DNA of 64,000 nucleotides, taken from Camelus dromedarius (Eukaryota). The translations under genes were made by a program, and so were the position numbers. Under the pieces are notes generated by a model. The model did not search any database and was not told the DNA's origin. It saw only the letters and a list, made by a program, of their open reading frames with translations. The stretch covers positions 54,686,001 to 54,750,000 of the forward strand of contig NC_087437.1 in the NCBI RefSeq assembly GCF_036321535.1, written 5' to 3'. Positions within the stretch are counted from its first letter, which is position 1. Each line of letters starts with the position of its first letter. Below are positions 38,496-53,570 of this stretch, one piece after another.

Positions 38496-41400
38496 CGTGC
38501 CTATAGATCATGGTTACATGCTGTAGACCTAGTCCTGTTTCTTATCTCTTTTGCTATTTTTGTGGCTCAGCATGGTCTTTTTTTGATCCCCTGATTAAGT
38601 AGTATTTATATTAATTATAATCCATTGATAACATTTGTAGACGGTTTAGGTTTTATCAGACATTATTTGTATGGGTTAGATTATTTGATTTGAATAGTTT
38701 TAAAATGTTGGTATTAATTTTTTTTTTAACAGATGAGAAAAAATTGCCAACACTTCACAACTGGGCAAGCATGTGTGAGATGTATTTAATCCCATACACA
38801 CTCAACGCTCAGTGGGCATGTGATATTTAGGACCCCTGCAGTATCTCTGATACGTGCTCTGACCCCCAGAGTGGGAACTGCTGCTCCACTATGACTCACG
38901 GGTTAAATGCTTACATTACTTTGCATTTGTCTGTATGGCCAGCGTAGTCTTCCAAAGACATATTTACACTCCAGCCCGTCAGGGAGGTTCACTACTTCTG
39001 ACACTGCGGAGTATGCCAGAGTGTGTATTCACTACATTTCAGGGATTCATTTTCCTCAAATATTTTCCTTCCTTAGACCTCAGAGCTGCCTCCGACACCC
39101 TGTTCCCACAAACCTGTGACCTGCGATGACCACCTTTGTACAAATGCTCTCGAGGCTTGGCAGCACTCAGCTCAGGTTTGTGGCTGCGAGCCGCGCCCTT
39201 GGGCACAGTGCATTTTTGTACTCCATTTCACCAGGTTCTGCCAAGTGCTTTTACTTACAGGCTTCCCTGGGGTCCATTTCCCCCAGTAAAACGTGAGATT
39301 CTTGTTTCCTCCAACACATGGTACCATGTGACTTTATAATTGGCACTATTACGATGGGTGTAGAGGGCTGACTTCCAGTTTCTGCTTCTGTTCTACACAT
39401 GATAAGCTGACTCATTCTCTCACAATTACTGGGGTGACACGTTTGTTTCCTAATGGCAAAGTGTCCATTTCTGGTCATATCGATCCCTAGGAGTGTGGTC
39501 ATGAGAGGTGTATTGCCAGCAGGGTTCGTGAGTGGGAACAGATTCTCTGAGAAGGTGGTGTTGTCAGGGCAGGCTATTCTGCTCACGTGCCTGAGGGGTC
39601 TTTATTTCATTCCTCCATAGTTTGTTTGTTTGTTTAATTTATTGAGTGACAGCCATATCTGAGGAACTTTTCCAGGTACTTGGAAACACAATTGTGAGTG
39701 AAATAGACTTGGCCTTTTGTTTCTTGGAACCTCTAGTCTAGTTGTGGGAGAGCTGTGAATTGAGCACTCGTGCCAGCCTGAGCCGTGGCCAGTGCTGTGA
39801 AGGGAAAGCAGACGCAGCTCTGCTGGGTAGCAGGGGTCGCTGACATACTTATGCACATTTGATGCAAGTGGATGCTGGTGCTGCAGGTCGAGAAGGTTAC
39901 AGGATAAGGTGAAGTGGTGGGCAAGAGTATTCCGACAGAAAGGATGGTCTGTGCAGGGACTCAGAGATCAGAAGGAGTCTAATATTGTCAATGAATGGAA
40001 AAAGCAATGTTGTTTTGCAGTCTTTTATTCGTTTATTTAGCACATTTTTGTTGGGCGCTTACTACAGTCAGAATATGGCAGCCAGCACGACATAGTGCTG
40101 GGATCAGTGAGAGGAACCTGGAACACAGGCAAGGGGCTGGATCCTGCCTCATCTACCTGACTTTCCTCTAACTCAGGCAGCCCATGTTCCAACAATCTTT
40201 TGTTTATTTGTTTATTTTTTTAGTGATTTGATTTCAGATCTCTCTTAATCTTCTGTTTACCTTGATCAGGAGGTAGAACAGTTTGTCTTAAGACCCTCTT
40301 CAACAGGCCTGTAAGATTTAAAGTCTTCCTGTCAAGAAGAGATGTATTCTTGACATTAGTTACCTTTCTTTGCTATTATTAGCAAATATCACTCCTTATC
40401 TTTCTTATTTTGCCATCAGCCCAGCAATACATTATGTGTTGTTCAAAGGCACATAATCTGTTTGTGTGGAATTGCTGTAAAAATAGATAGCCTTTGGGTT
40501 CTGAGCCTGCTGACTGATCTCCACACCTCTTGTTTCTCCTTATCCCCAGAAAAGCCACACTTGCTACAGGGCGAAGTCAGGCTGTTTTCTGCTCGCTCAA
40601 TATTGTCAGACAAAACGCTTAATAGTTCTTTGAGTTTATTTTTCCTTTAGCCAGGGGTGATGAAGTCTCCTTTTATTTTAACTGACATATGGTGTCAAGG
40701 GAAAACAACAAATAAATTTTGGGGAAACAATTTCCACCCACTTTTGACTTTCTGAACTTATAACTTAATGCTTTACGCCTACCACTTCTGCCCCCTGCCA
40801 TCAGCTTGTGAGTGGAAAATGGCTGACGCGGAGGGAGATACTGTTACTGTCCCTTATTACTTCATTTCATAGGGTCAAAGTGTACAGAACACCTAATGCA
40901 AATAATCCGCATTAGGGGATAGAGCCCCATGGTTTTGTCTTGTCTTGTCTATTTGGTGGAGTTAGTTTTTGTTCTGTGAAGAACCCCTGCTTGGTCCCAT
41001 CTTATTCATTCTCTGTATCTCCTAAGTCTCTTCTCCAAGTACTCCCACAGCCCTGATTCCTTCCTTGATCCTGGATCTTTAGGTTCAGACTCACCTCTAA
41101 CATTAAGTTAACTCACATACTGTACATGGGCGTGGTTCTCATTTGTGCCTACTGGCTTGCAGGAAGTAGACTGCAGTTGTCTGTTTAAGATTCCTTCTTA
41201 GGTGGACCACCCCATGTAGGTTCTTTGGTTTCATCTCTTTTAAATCAGCTCCTCCTCAGGCATCTGCTTTTGACACTGCACAGCTGCATCATTTCTCTTT
41301 GACTCTTCCTTCTTGCTCGGGTGTTGAGGTCCACCTGCTCTACCCCCCACCCCCCCATCCCCCCATCATTTCTGCTAATCCATGACATCACACTTCTCTA

Positions 41401-42099
41401 TTTTTGGCAGCTGCTTTGTTTGGACCCTTTATGGACTCTGGAATTCCTTCTTTCCAGGCCCTGGGCCTCCAATTCCTCTGCACCTTGCACAGTTTCTTCT
41501 AAAATATTGACCTGATTCTGTTAATGCCTTCTTGCAACCTCTGTTGTAGCCGCACATCTATGGGAATAAGTCCCCATCCAGCTGGGAATCTGTGATCCCT
41601 TGCCGGTGGAGTCGGCTTGTTTAACCTCAGCTCGGACTGCTTCCCTTTGCACTCTGCATGGCCAGATTGGACTGGGTGCTGCCCTCTGAACACATGCCAT
41701 GCTTTCCTTCCTCTCGTCTTCGCTCGAACGCTTCCCTCTGTCCAGAATACGCTTCTCAATGTTTCGGCTTCCACAGATCTATTCTCAGTCTTTATCAAAA
41801 TAATACCTTCTCTATGAAGCCTCCACTGATTCCTCAGCTGAAAGTTATTTTAATTTTCTTTGAGTTTCTCTTACATTTTATGGAGACTTCTGTTCTATTT
41901 CTTAGCATTTTACAGATGAGGAGGCAGGACTCTGTTTAAAGAACTCCAAGTCACAAATATAGCAGGTAGGAGTGTGGAGGTCGTAATTCACACTTTAAAG
42001 AGAAATGCCATATTCTGTCCACCTTACCTCATTCTTCCCGTTTCACATAGTTCTACCTTATGTAGTGCAGTTGAGGGCAGAGTACTGGACTAGTGAGCG

Positions 42100-42320
42100 C
42101 CTAATATATTCCAGACACTGGTTCCATATTTCATGTTTATTTAATGATTATAAAAATTCTTTAAGGCAAGTGATCATACTGTCCCCACTTTACATATAAG
42201 GAAGTGAGGCAGAGAGAGTTTGAGTAACTTGTGCAAGATTATGTAACCAGCACGTGACAGTCAGAAAGCCAACCCAGGAGTCTGGCTCCACAGCCTATGC
42301 CCTGAACTTCCCTACAATGC
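42100..42320 (-). mobile_element. MIR
   Basis: ccccactttacatataaggaagtgaggcagagagagtttgagtaacttg...aacccaggagtctggctccacagcc. Confidence 0.7.
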
Positions 42321-43148
42321 TGTAGGTGAGAAAGAGCTCAAAATAGAAGCCTAGAGCCACTGACATTCTCAGTTAATAATATTTGAGAATTGTAGTCTAT
42401 GCTATTTCTCAGTAATTTATCCCAATGGAAAACTAACATATTTCTTTGATTTGTGTTTCAAGACTTTAATATATTCAAAGATTTCTCAATTGTGGAATTT
42501 GAAATTTATAATTTGAGATAAATGAATGACTGTAACTTTTCTACCTGCAAATGATTCAGCCATAAAATCTTTATTTGCATTATTCGAAATCAACTGCAGT
42601 TATTAGGCATTATACACAAAGAGCTACTTGTGTGAGCTATTTGTCTTCTGTTCTGGAAGGTATTTACAACATGTTATTGGAAAGCATTTGGAGAAGTCTC
42701 CTTTGTACAGGTGAGATGACGCAGACTGTTAATACCCTGTTTTCCTGTTTGTCTTTACAGGAGCTTAGCTAGAGTAGAATCATAGTTCTAAGGTGAGACA
42801 GTTTAATAGGTAACATAGGTGCTACTCCATCAAGTTGGATAGTTTCAGGGCAGTTCACACAGACCAGATTTTCAGTTGAGAGCCTGATAAAATCTCAAGA
42901 CCAGTATTAACAACATTTGGGGACAAGCAAAGTGGTACCATGATAAGCACAGCCGAGGAGGGAAATGGAGAGTTACTGATCTGTTATTCTTGGCCTTCTG
43001 TTCCTAGAAAGATTTGTATATAGTTTATATAAAATGGAATCTATACTCATCCAGGAGAATGTGATTTCCTAGAAGCTGAAGACTAGGTTTTACACATTCC
43101 TGATAATAAGGCCCAATTAATGTTTGGAATAAATAAAACATACTCAGA

Positions 43149-43568
43149 GATTATCATACTAAAGGCAGAAAGTCAGACAGAGAAAGACAAATATCATATG
43201 ATATCACTTACATGTGGAATATAAAAAATAATACAAATGAACTTATTTACAAAACAAAAACAGACTCACAGACATAGAAAAAAAAACCCTTATGGTTATC
43301 AAAGGGGAAGAGGGCAAAGGATATATTAGGAGTGTGGGGTTAACAGATACACACTACTATATATAAAATAGGTAAACAACAAGGATTTACTGTATAGCAC
43401 AGGGAACTATATTTAATATTTTGTAGTAACCTATAATGGAAAAGAATCTGAAAAATAATATATATGTATATACATATATATTATATACATATATATCTCC
43501 AAATTACTTTGTTATACACCTGAAACTAACACAATATTGTAAATCAACTATACTTCAGTTAAAAAAAA
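43149..43568 (+). mobile_element. 5'-truncated L1 (ORF2 end plus 3' UTR, laurasiatherian/artiodactyl type) with imperfect TSD
   Basis: gattatcatactaa...aagtcagacagagaaagacaaatatcatatgatatcactta...tatagcacagggaactat...aaatcaactatacttcagttaaaaaaaa. Flanks aaaacatactcaga / aaaacacacactcaga. Confidence 0.88.
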
Positions 43569-43871
43569 CACACACTCAGAAGAGTGTTTAAATCGTTGGT
43601 TTCTTTGATTGGTGAAGTCATTGATATCATGTATGAAATTTAAGTCAGTGGAATTTTATCAACCACCTGCTCTATGTAGGACATAGGATATGGTTGAAAA
43701 CAGTAGATACTGTACTTGATTTAAATATGAGGCTTAAAGTAAACTCTTTATCCTAATACACTGACTTGAGGAGAAGAGGGGCCATGTTGGTGAACTTTTA
43801 GGGTAAAAAAATGAATGAGACCTGCTCTGGATATGGTAAATCTTAATAAACCCTATACTACGTACTACCAA

Positions 43872-44120
43872 GAGTGTTGGCAAACTGCATCACAACCAAT
43901 TAGTAGTTCATGAATCAGATTAGTGGGTTGTGATATGACCAGCAAAAATAAACACTTCACATGTAGTGAGGATGAGTATTGTTTCGGAAAACCTTCTTTT
44001 CAGTTGTGTGTGTCGGGGTTGGGGGTGGTGGTGCACCACACACATGAACTAGATTGTACTGGATCTGTGTAAAATACTTTTCTTTTTCTGGGTCACGGTC
44101 AAACATATCTGAAAAAGTGC
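43872..44120. mobile_element. Old hAT-type MER, apparently related to the 24201-24398 element
   Basis: gagtgttggcaaactg...ttagtagttcatgaatcagattagtgggttgtga...tgtaaaatactttt...gggtcacggtcaaa. Confidence 0.45.
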
Positions 44121-46809
44121 TATGGGAGGACATATAAACTAATCATCATTTCCATCAGCAGGGAGGTATAGATACAATTACAAGGCAGAAAGTGAAATTT
44201 CTATGCAGAAGACACAGATATCTACCGTGAGAATGCAATGAAAACAGAAAATAATTTGAATGAAGAGCTCAGCAAAGGCTTGATGGAGGAGATGACTTTC
44301 GTGCTGGACTTGAACAATGGGTTAATTCTGAATGGGGTTTGCTTTATGGAGTCAGGATGGGGCTTGGTGCGTGTCAATGTGGTTGAAGGCGTGAAAACAT
44401 TCCGCAGTATTTTGAAGAAACGTTGCATTTCTTTTGGCCACCGATGACAGAGCTAACCTTAGCTTCTGAGTTTAAGAAGAATCTGAGCACATTGAGCACA
44501 TCAGTAGGCTGAACCAGTGGAGCTAGGACATTAGGAAATGCTGTGATTTATGAGAAGAGGAGCTAAGTCCAAGGAAGAAAGTACATGAAGTGACATGATC
44601 ATCGTCTATAGTTACTTTTAGGATTGCTTGTGTAGAGGAGGCAGCAATCACTTAGTCCCTGATTCTTTGAGGAAAGGCAGGAGGTAACAAGTCAGAGCTC
44701 CTTGCAGAAATTTAGGCTGCTCTAGTATTTGCATTAACTCTTTGGAAACTCAAGCACTACCCTTTGGTATCCAAACCAGAAATTTACCTAAGAGTCACAA
44801 AATTTCACATCTGGAAAAGAACCATTTGAGAACCGTTAGAAGGAAGCATTCAGTTTTCTGAATAGATGGTCAAACCAAGTGAATCTTTCCCAGAATTTGG
44901 TCCTGTTAAAAAATGGAGCAGGGTTCCCCAGAGGGTGCTGAAGTCTTTAGTATGGACAATACTATTCTGGGTGAGCTAGGAGAGCAGTTATTTCAGGAAG
45001 GTAAGAGGTTGGTGCCATGACGTTCAGATCTTTTCTTACTCTGTAACTCACCCCATCCTAAATTCACTAACTTATTGTACAGTGAAACAGTGTAAGTTTC
45101 AAAGGTTCCTAGTACACAGGAAAGATGTACTGGAATATTGAGGCATTTGGGTGCCAATCTAATTTCCATTCCATTTTTTTTTTTTTAAGAGAAAAAATCT
45201 TTAAAATGCTAGAATTTGCCTATATGGAGTTTTCCCACCGAGAGTGAAATACTATCTCTTCACTATGGTGGGTCTAAGTACATGAAATACTCCCAAATTT
45301 GGAATCACATCATTTAAGTGTCATTTCTTCCAACACTTGCACTCCTCAGGGGCATGATTTGAGACTCAAAATCTGGTTGTGTTCCCCTCATCCTCTGAGG
45401 TCACTGGATCGGTGCTATACAAATAATGATGATATTATTGATATAATGCACAGTGTATTGGAATTAAACTCTAAGCTGATATGTGGAGCAGTAGATACTG
45501 TATTTTTAGTTCATTTCCTTAGGCAAATGCAAATATTGTACTTGTACAGTTACCTCAGGCGTTCACAAGTTAGAGTTCCAGTGCAAATATTTTCTAGTAA
45601 ATATGAACCAAGTGGTACTATTAGTTTTGCATCCACTAGGCACCTTTTAAAGCTTCTGGAGAGATAATTGAAGGAGAGCTTGGATATGGGGTAGAACTGG
45701 GCATGTGTATAGAAGATTCAGCAGGGATTTAAGGCACTTCCAACCTACATGAAACATTAAACATACTGGCTGAGACTGGCTTGAAGTTGGGCTTTTTCTT
45801 GATCCTGAAGAATTGTCTTTTTTATTTTGTAAAACAGGATGAGGGCAGCACATTTCACTAAGAAATGAGGTGAACACAGTTAAGCTGCATTACTTTTCTT
45901 AGCCTTAGGAGAGTGGGGCTTGCTATCACAACTTACACACTTTTCATTTTTTAAACAATTTACTATAGAAAAATTTGAACATACACAAAAGTAAAAGAAT
46001 ACTGTAATAAACCTCCATGAATGTCTTATCCAGCTGCGGCAATGATTTGACTCAGGCCAGTCTTGTTTCATCTGTATTTCTTTCCCTTGCCCAAGATTAT
46101 TTTGAAACTAACCCCAGATATCATATAATTTAGTTTCTCTTGTAAAATTTTCACCGTTTGTAGTTGAGTCTAAAAAATTTCTCTCAACCATGAAGAACAT
46201 GTTAGGAGGCCTCTTGAAAAATGTTTGTTGATCTTGTGGCTTTTGTATGAGTATAGGAGTGGTACTGTTTTATGGAAGAGGAGATTAGAAAATGTGGTCT
46301 TTTGTTTTGCCTGTTTCTCCGTTTTCTGGAGGTAGGCTTAGCTCTAGGGGCACAATGTAGGTGTGTTATAGGATTAGGGTTTAAACTCCAAGTGGTTGGG
46401 AGGGACACCAGGTTAGTCTAAGTTGTACTTACCTAGTCAGGTAAACTAGATTAACATTAGAGATTCTTTTGCATTGAAGCCCAAACAACTAGCATTCTTA
46501 AATTATCTAGAATATACTTTAGTATTACGTTTGTAGCAGAGTTGTCTTAATTTAAAAAGCACTGTAAGTAAAGGTACTGAAATAAGCCCAGGCTGAGCCC
46601 ATTCTAAGCCTTGGCTATACTGATTCCTCCCATGCCCTAAGTTGAGGAAGTGGGTCTTCTGTACCAAGCATAGTACAAAGGAGGTGTCTTAGACTAGAAC
46701 ACATAGCCTGAGGCAAAAGTGTACGTATGTATGTATGTTGCTTGATTGGAGGGAGCAGACCCAGGGAAGCAAGAAAGGGAAGCAGGGAAAAAGAAAAGTG
46801 AGACATCAG

Positions 46810-46977
46810 AGACCTACTGTAGAGCACAGGGAACTATATTCAGTATCTTGTTATAGCCTATAATGGAAAAGGATCTGAAAAAGAATATATATATATACAC
46901 ACTGAATCACTTTGCTGTACACCTGAAACATTGTAAGTCAACTACATCTCAATAAAAAAAATTAAATTAAAAAAAAA
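46810..46977 (+). mobile_element. 5'-truncated L1 3' UTR with poly(A), apparently inserted into an old LTR-like sequence (about 46640-47200)
   Basis: gacctactgtagagcacagggaactatattcagtatcttg...tttgctgtacacctgaaac...caataaaaaaaattaaattaaaaaaaaa. Confidence 0.85.
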
Positions 46978-49900
46978 GAGATGGAGACACAGAAGGAGGG
47001 AGAGGGGCTATAAAGGCCACGTTACCAAGCTGGCCATGCTTTCTAACAAGTGAAACTGATTGCTTGGTTTTACAGCATGTCTTCACAAAAGCCCCCCACA
47101 CCAGTGGGTCTCAGGAGAGCCCACTAGTAGGAGGAAGGGAGAAGAATTTATATAGTGGTTCCCCATGCCCCTGGCTCAGAGTGTGTTTCTATTGACTTTT
47201 CCAGGAAACCTGCTTCATTAGCTCTATTTTCCAAAATATTTTTTTTCACTTTGGCTTTGCCTTTTTGCTTTTTAAAATAAAACCATGGAAAAGGAAATTC
47301 TGGGAATCCTCTTTCATGGGGACCTTTCTAATCTAATGTGACCTCAAGGGAAAATAGGGTTTCATAATATTGCCCGCCAGACCTATTTCTGAACTTTAAT
47401 ATCTGATTATCATCAGTAGAATCAGGTTCAAAGCATACTTATTTTCCCTTAGTAATATTTGTTGACTATTCACTGGGGAATCCTTCATTTTGAGACCGGG
47501 AGAATGCCCCTGTTAAATGTCCATGTTTTGTCTTAGTTAACAGTTTTTCATCTTTTTTGTGTTCATGAATCTCTTCCTAGAAATTGGAATATCTACATTC
47601 AAGGAGAGATGGAGAGTTCATTGATAATCTTACAGCAGCAGTTTGATGAAATCATTTCCTGCACATTGACTAATTGTGTAAAATTTCTAGCTTTAGTTTT
47701 GTCTGCCTTATGATGAAAATTTTTGGAAAATAAAGAGCTTCCTCATTAGTTTGAAGACATCTTTCTATTCATCAGCACTGACACCAACTTTGTTGACTGT
47801 GCCTGCCTTTCGCCATTTTTAAATCTGAACAGGATCCATAAACAAAGTGTATATAGTTCTTACAGTAGGGTGGGGTTGGAGTGCAGATATCTAGGCTGTT
47901 CAGAGCTTCTCTCACAAATCATCCGTGTGCGCTTGCGAATGGCATCTCTACTTGAGATTCGGTTACTTCCATCATCTGCAAAGAGACTGAACAAGATACT
48001 CCTTAAGTATTCTCTCTGCTTTGGTTTTTGAAGACTAAAGGACTGATCTCTGGATTAAACATCTCCTAGAGAGAGTAGTGGAACTTGAAAACCCAGCTTT
48101 GTCTGCTGCAGAAGACTTAACATTTTCAAGGGCCTGTGTTACCAACGGAACAGCATTCTTGTTAATCCTTTGCCCATTATCAGCACTGACTTTATTCCAG
48201 TGTGCAAGAATAGGCTATTCCAGATTCTGCATCTGTGAATTAAAAAGCATGGTAAAATTTCAGGAAACTGTTCATAGTTTCTACAACCATATGTGTAAGA
48301 TTCACCTCTAAATTTTTATTTTGAAAGAACGTTGGTAAAGTGTTGAAAGCAAGGGACATGATGAAGATGATAAGGAGCCAGTGGGGGATGCCTGAAAGTG
48401 TGCGACTGGGAGTGTGTTCCTTGGATAGATGCGATAAGAATCAGCAGTACAGAGCAAGGGGAGTCCGTTAATGGAATAGAGTTTGCCTCATGTCTTAGTA
48501 CACTCTCTCCTAGCCTGACCTCCACTGGGAAACTTTGGCGTTCAATTCTAAGCATTCCAGTGTAAAATAGATATTGTCATCCAGAGAAAGCCAGCCAAGA
48601 TGGAGAGAGTGATTGACACCATGTCTTATGAGGAGCTGTTGAAAGAAGCTGTAATGTAACCAGGGCCGTACAGTGTTACCAAGTATTTCTAATCCATGTT
48701 CTTCATTTTTTGAGGCTTGAATAGCAATACTTTCCCTGTGGATGACTTTTTATATATGCCAAGCCTTATCAAGTAAAGTAATTACAGGCAGAATTTTAAT
48801 GTCCATGTAACTGGTATTCTCACATAGGAACTTCGGGTTGTTTTCAGTTTTTCATTATTGAAGTCTTTGGGCCTAGCTTCCCCACCCCCTCCATTCCCAT
48901 CTCTACCCACATCATCCCACCCAGTATTTCAGATTGGCTCTCATTTGTGGAATTATTAAATCTAATGGTAGGATGCATTTTTAAAACTCTGGATTAATTT
49001 CCCCAAATTTTAATCCTAAATTTAGTAAATTAAGCTTCTATTAGTAATGCATGATAATGCCTATTTAACCATATGCTGGTAATGTTTTTAAAAATATGCT
49101 AATTTTATGAGAAACTTTTTTTTTCTTTTCTTGAATTATTAATACAGCAACTTTTCCCACCTATTTGTAAACCAGCTATACATTTGGTATGTATAGTCAG
49201 CTACCATGCTAAATTCTCTTTATTCATTACCTCTTCTACTTCTTTAAATTAACTTTTAAAATATGTGCTATTATTATTACAATTACTTTTCATTTTTCTG
49301 ATAGGGAAACTGAGAAACAAGGCACTAAGCAATATGGCCAATGTAATGAAGTGAATTGGTGGCATGTTTGTGGTTCTAAATTCTATAGTCTTTAGCCTGA
49401 TATTCTACTGTCCCTCATATGTATATCCTTTTCATTGAAATTTTTTAAAATTGTGTATTGTTGTGTTAGTGTCTTTAGACAATTTGTGCGAGCTTTATGT
49501 ATGTGTATGTGTGCATTACCTTGCTGGGTGTTTATTTCCAATTTTGTTCCAATTTGGAAGCATGTACAAATTGATTTCCTTTTTTATTTATTTTTTTTAA
49601 TAATATTCAGCTTTTAATCAAACTGGAACTAATTTTAGTTTAAAGTAAGGATCTAAATTAATCTTTTAAATGACTTATATGTGTATGTTTTTGCAGTTCC
49701 ATTTAGTGAGTAAACTGACCGTTACTCATTCACTTTGCCGTCTCTTTTACTATTATGTGTATTTAGTGTGCATGCATGCATATTTTGTTCCGTTAATATC
49801 TGTCTGTCCTTGTGTAAACACCTCCTCATCACCAGTTCCATTTTAGATTTTCTTAGCCACCTTTGCAGTGTCTTTAAAAAGAAAGAGGCCTTGCAAGCAT

Positions 49901-50574
49901 CCAGTTCTGCCCGACTTAGTTTTACTAAATGCTCTCCTCTGTGTGAGAGGACGTGAGCAGCGTGCTGGCTCGTCATGGCTAGGATACGACCTGGCTGAGT
50001 AGGATCTTTACACACTGTACAGACCTCTTGCTCTTCTACCTTTTGGTGAGATGGGTGGAGAGTAGACTCTAACCAGCGTTTGTTCACTGCCTGCCCTACG
50101 CTAGGCTTTCCTGAGAAACCCTTGCATGTTTTCTGTAACTTGATCATCAGAACAGCCTTCTGAAGCCCGAGTGCTGTCTGTGTGCTGTCTCAGGTCTACG
50201 GTAAGCCCGGGGCAGGACCAGCACTGGCACCTGTGCTGCTTCTTACTTTTCATACTAGGACATTCACAGCCTCTCATTTGTAAGTGTGCTCAACACAGTA
50301 TTGGGTCTGGAGCTTTGAGAGAAAGGAAGATGTAATTATTCTTCCCAAAGGTATTGCTCCATTTAAATAAATGGAAATGTAGGTGTGCATTCATGTTTCC
50401 AGCTCCTAACCTAAAATCTTTATATGGTTCAAGTTATTTGTTATTGAAATCTTGATTCAGACAGGAAAGTTGGATTTCTTGCTTTCATAGCGGAATTCTT
50501 TTTTTGTGGGGATGGGGAGTGGAACAAACCATTTTAAGTAAAATATGACTAAATCTGTGAGGCCTGATGTGGAC

Positions 50575-50745
50575 GCTGCAAATTTGAATTTGAATCTAAG
50601 TTAGTTAAACTTGAATTAAATTAAAAAATTTAGCCTCTCAGTTACTAGCCACATTTCAAGTACCCAAAAGCCACACTTGATGAGTATTGATTGACACAGT
50701 ATAGAACATTTCCCAAATTGCAGAAATTTCTATTGTACAATATTG
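50575..50745. mobile_element. MER3/MER33-like hAT-Charlie fragment
   Basis: ctcagttactagccacatttcaagtacccaaaagccacac...tatagaacatttccc...gcagaaatttctattgtaca. Confidence 0.7.
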
Positions 50746-53570
50746 GGGTACATGATTCTGCAGATGAAAGATTTAAGAAAAAGGGAGAACAAGTATTGAG
50801 ATGTACCTTACTGGTTTCTGTCAGTTTTAACCAAGGAACCCTTTCTTTGTTGGTTGATGAGACAGTGAGATGTCATGATTTCACATGATTTTGCAGACAG
50901 TGATCAACAGAAAAACAAGATATATATACATCATTGACTAATAGGATAGAGCCATACTTACACTTAGTTTGTAACTGACGGGTTTACGAGGCACTCCACA
51001 GCCCGGCATTTTAGATACTAGGGAAACAAAGGCTGCTGGTGTTTGAATAAAATGTTGAGGTCTTTTTGTTTCTAGAAATGTGTAGTCTTCTTACAGTTGT
51101 ACCTCTGATGGTTTGGGATGAACAGTCATTCTGAGCCCTTTATATGTTAAGGAAGCTTAAAATGAGACTCTCAGAATTCCATACACCTGTCTAATTTCAG
51201 CCCCAATTCAAGGCTGAAAAAGCCTTATAATGAAAACCAACCAACAGAACCAAACTAGAACCCAAGTGGATGCCATGATGTTTAATCCATGATCTTTTAT
51301 TCAAAGAAAAATATGAAATTAGGACATGTGATATAATATGTTCTGGGAATTTATTATTTTAAGAAGGTCCTGACTGAAATTTAAATAAAAATAAAACCAA
51401 GAGTATATCCCACCTTTTAGTGACAGGTAGAAAGGAAACCTTGTTGAATTCCAGCCACCAGCTCTCAGGATCTGGTGTTTGGTTTGTGACTAAGATGAGT
51501 GGGTGAGGGTTCACATGAGAAATTCCACAGTGAATGAGTTGGAACCATTTGGCATTATGTCCAAGAAAGCTCACATATCCTAGTTAAGGATGTGTGAAGT
51601 GAACTGGACCCTCCTAATGTGGTGGCCCCAAAGATTGGGTTTAATCCTCTGGTGTGAAAGCTTTCACAAGTCTTTTTAAGAGCCTAAGCACCGTAAAATA
51701 CTCTCACAAAAGCCTTCATTCCAAAGAATGTGTGTGTCGACTCATGTCAGGAGCTCTTAGCAAAGAACAATGTGCCTAAAGCCGTAATCTAATAAACAAA
51801 CATAATCTAGTTCAGTTTTGTCCAAGTAATATAATGTCTCTATCCAACGATTTCCTGCACCTTTAACTCTATTCACCAGGAGAGGGTTCTGCGTGGGAAC
51901 GTGTGTATGTTTTCTCTGAACAGGAGGGCGCTGAGCGCCTGTGACTGGATGTCTTGTTTTTCCCTCCTGGGTAGCTCTAGTTGTTTACGGTGGGGATTTT
52001 CCGTCTTGGTAATTTGGTATTTTACTTGGTTTTATTGTGAGGGGTGGAAATGTGTACACCTTAACTTAGTTAAGAAATACCGTTGCATCACCTCCATCTC
52101 AGTTAACAAGGGCCAGGTCAGAAAGTTCTCACACGTTTTGAAGCCTTTCTAGCAGATTTTTATTCACCTATTAAGTCAACAAGTTTATGGATTCCCGAGG
52201 GAGATGATTTGCAAGAATTGACAACCTAGGTGCTCCCCTTCACATCATTTGGTGAATGGTCATTTGTCCTTTGGAGAATTATGGCCTTACAGTGAGTAAA
52301 ATACAACTTTTGGGGGAAATTCTGAATACAAATAGCTTCATTTTCAATGAGGCAGCAAGACATGGGAGTCAGGATCAGACCACGGGTTCTGTCTACATTA
52401 CAAGATGCTTTTTGCATGATCTTGCTTATTAGAGAATTACTTCCATGTCCTATCCTCAGTAAGCACCTACTTATAGTTAGGGTAAGTGTCCTATCGAGGC
52501 ATCAGAGGGCATTTTCTGACTGTACTCATGAAAAAGAAACCTGAGTCTCTTACTTACTGCCATTAATTGGCTCTTATTCTTTGAGTCATGGAATCATAAA
52601 CTACCAGTGTTGAAAGGGCCTTCAAAGAACATTGGCTGGGTCTCTTGAATTTGTAAAGCTCAAATCTCCCTTATAATGTTCACATCAAGCAGTCTTCTCG
52701 CCCCTACTTGAGTACTTCTGGTTTTTTGGCACTAACACGTTCTCAAACCGGATAATTTCTCTTAATTTTTCACTTTTATGCCTTAGATTTGTAAATGCAG
52801 CTACACTTTATTGATAGACCTTTGTTAATGTTTCTGTGAAATTCTGAATTTTTTTTCTAAACAAATATAACTTTTCTTTCTAAATCTTAATAACAGTAAA
52901 GACACGTATTTTTATGTCTTTTAGTCTCAGTTATATTTTTGTCTGAAGAGCTAAATATACTTGAAATGTTTCCAGCATCTCAGGTATATGCTGGATATAT
53001 CTCCATCATTTTGCTAAATCATAATATTTACTTTTCTCAAAATAATAGATTTTCTCACCCTCTTTTTTAGGCATTGCCGTGTAGATCATTATCTTGAAAA
53101 CACTGCCCTAACATTCTTCATTCTGCTTATTTGGTTCAGAGAGATGAAGTCACTTTCTGTAGGCTTTAGTTGGGGTCTTTGAGGGCAGGTTCCTTGTCTT
53201 GCTGAGTTTTCTCATCCACAAAACTGCCCTAAGAGATGCAGTCCCACAGGGAGACTGTGAAATTCTAACTCAAACTTACTGCCTAAAATTCCTTACTTAA
53301 TATTTAATTCTTTTCTTAAATGTGGTACCAACATGATGGTTGTAAATAGAAAAGGACTATGTGTATGGAACAAGATGAAACTATTTTAAATAATACATTT
53401 AAATTAAAAAATATGGTGAAATATGATGATATTTTTAGAAACTGGCTGGAGACTCCAGAAGACTTGTACTACGGAAGGGCTTTGTCTCTTGTCTACACTG
53501 TGCCCTCTGCTGATGCGTTGTCCTTTCAGGATATAACACTGTGTGAATACTTCCCTTCTTCATGACACCT

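Noticed and set aside
43430..43439. CArG boxes CCTATAATGG here and at about 46857
   Set aside because: Part of the L1 3' UTR sequence, so not informative.
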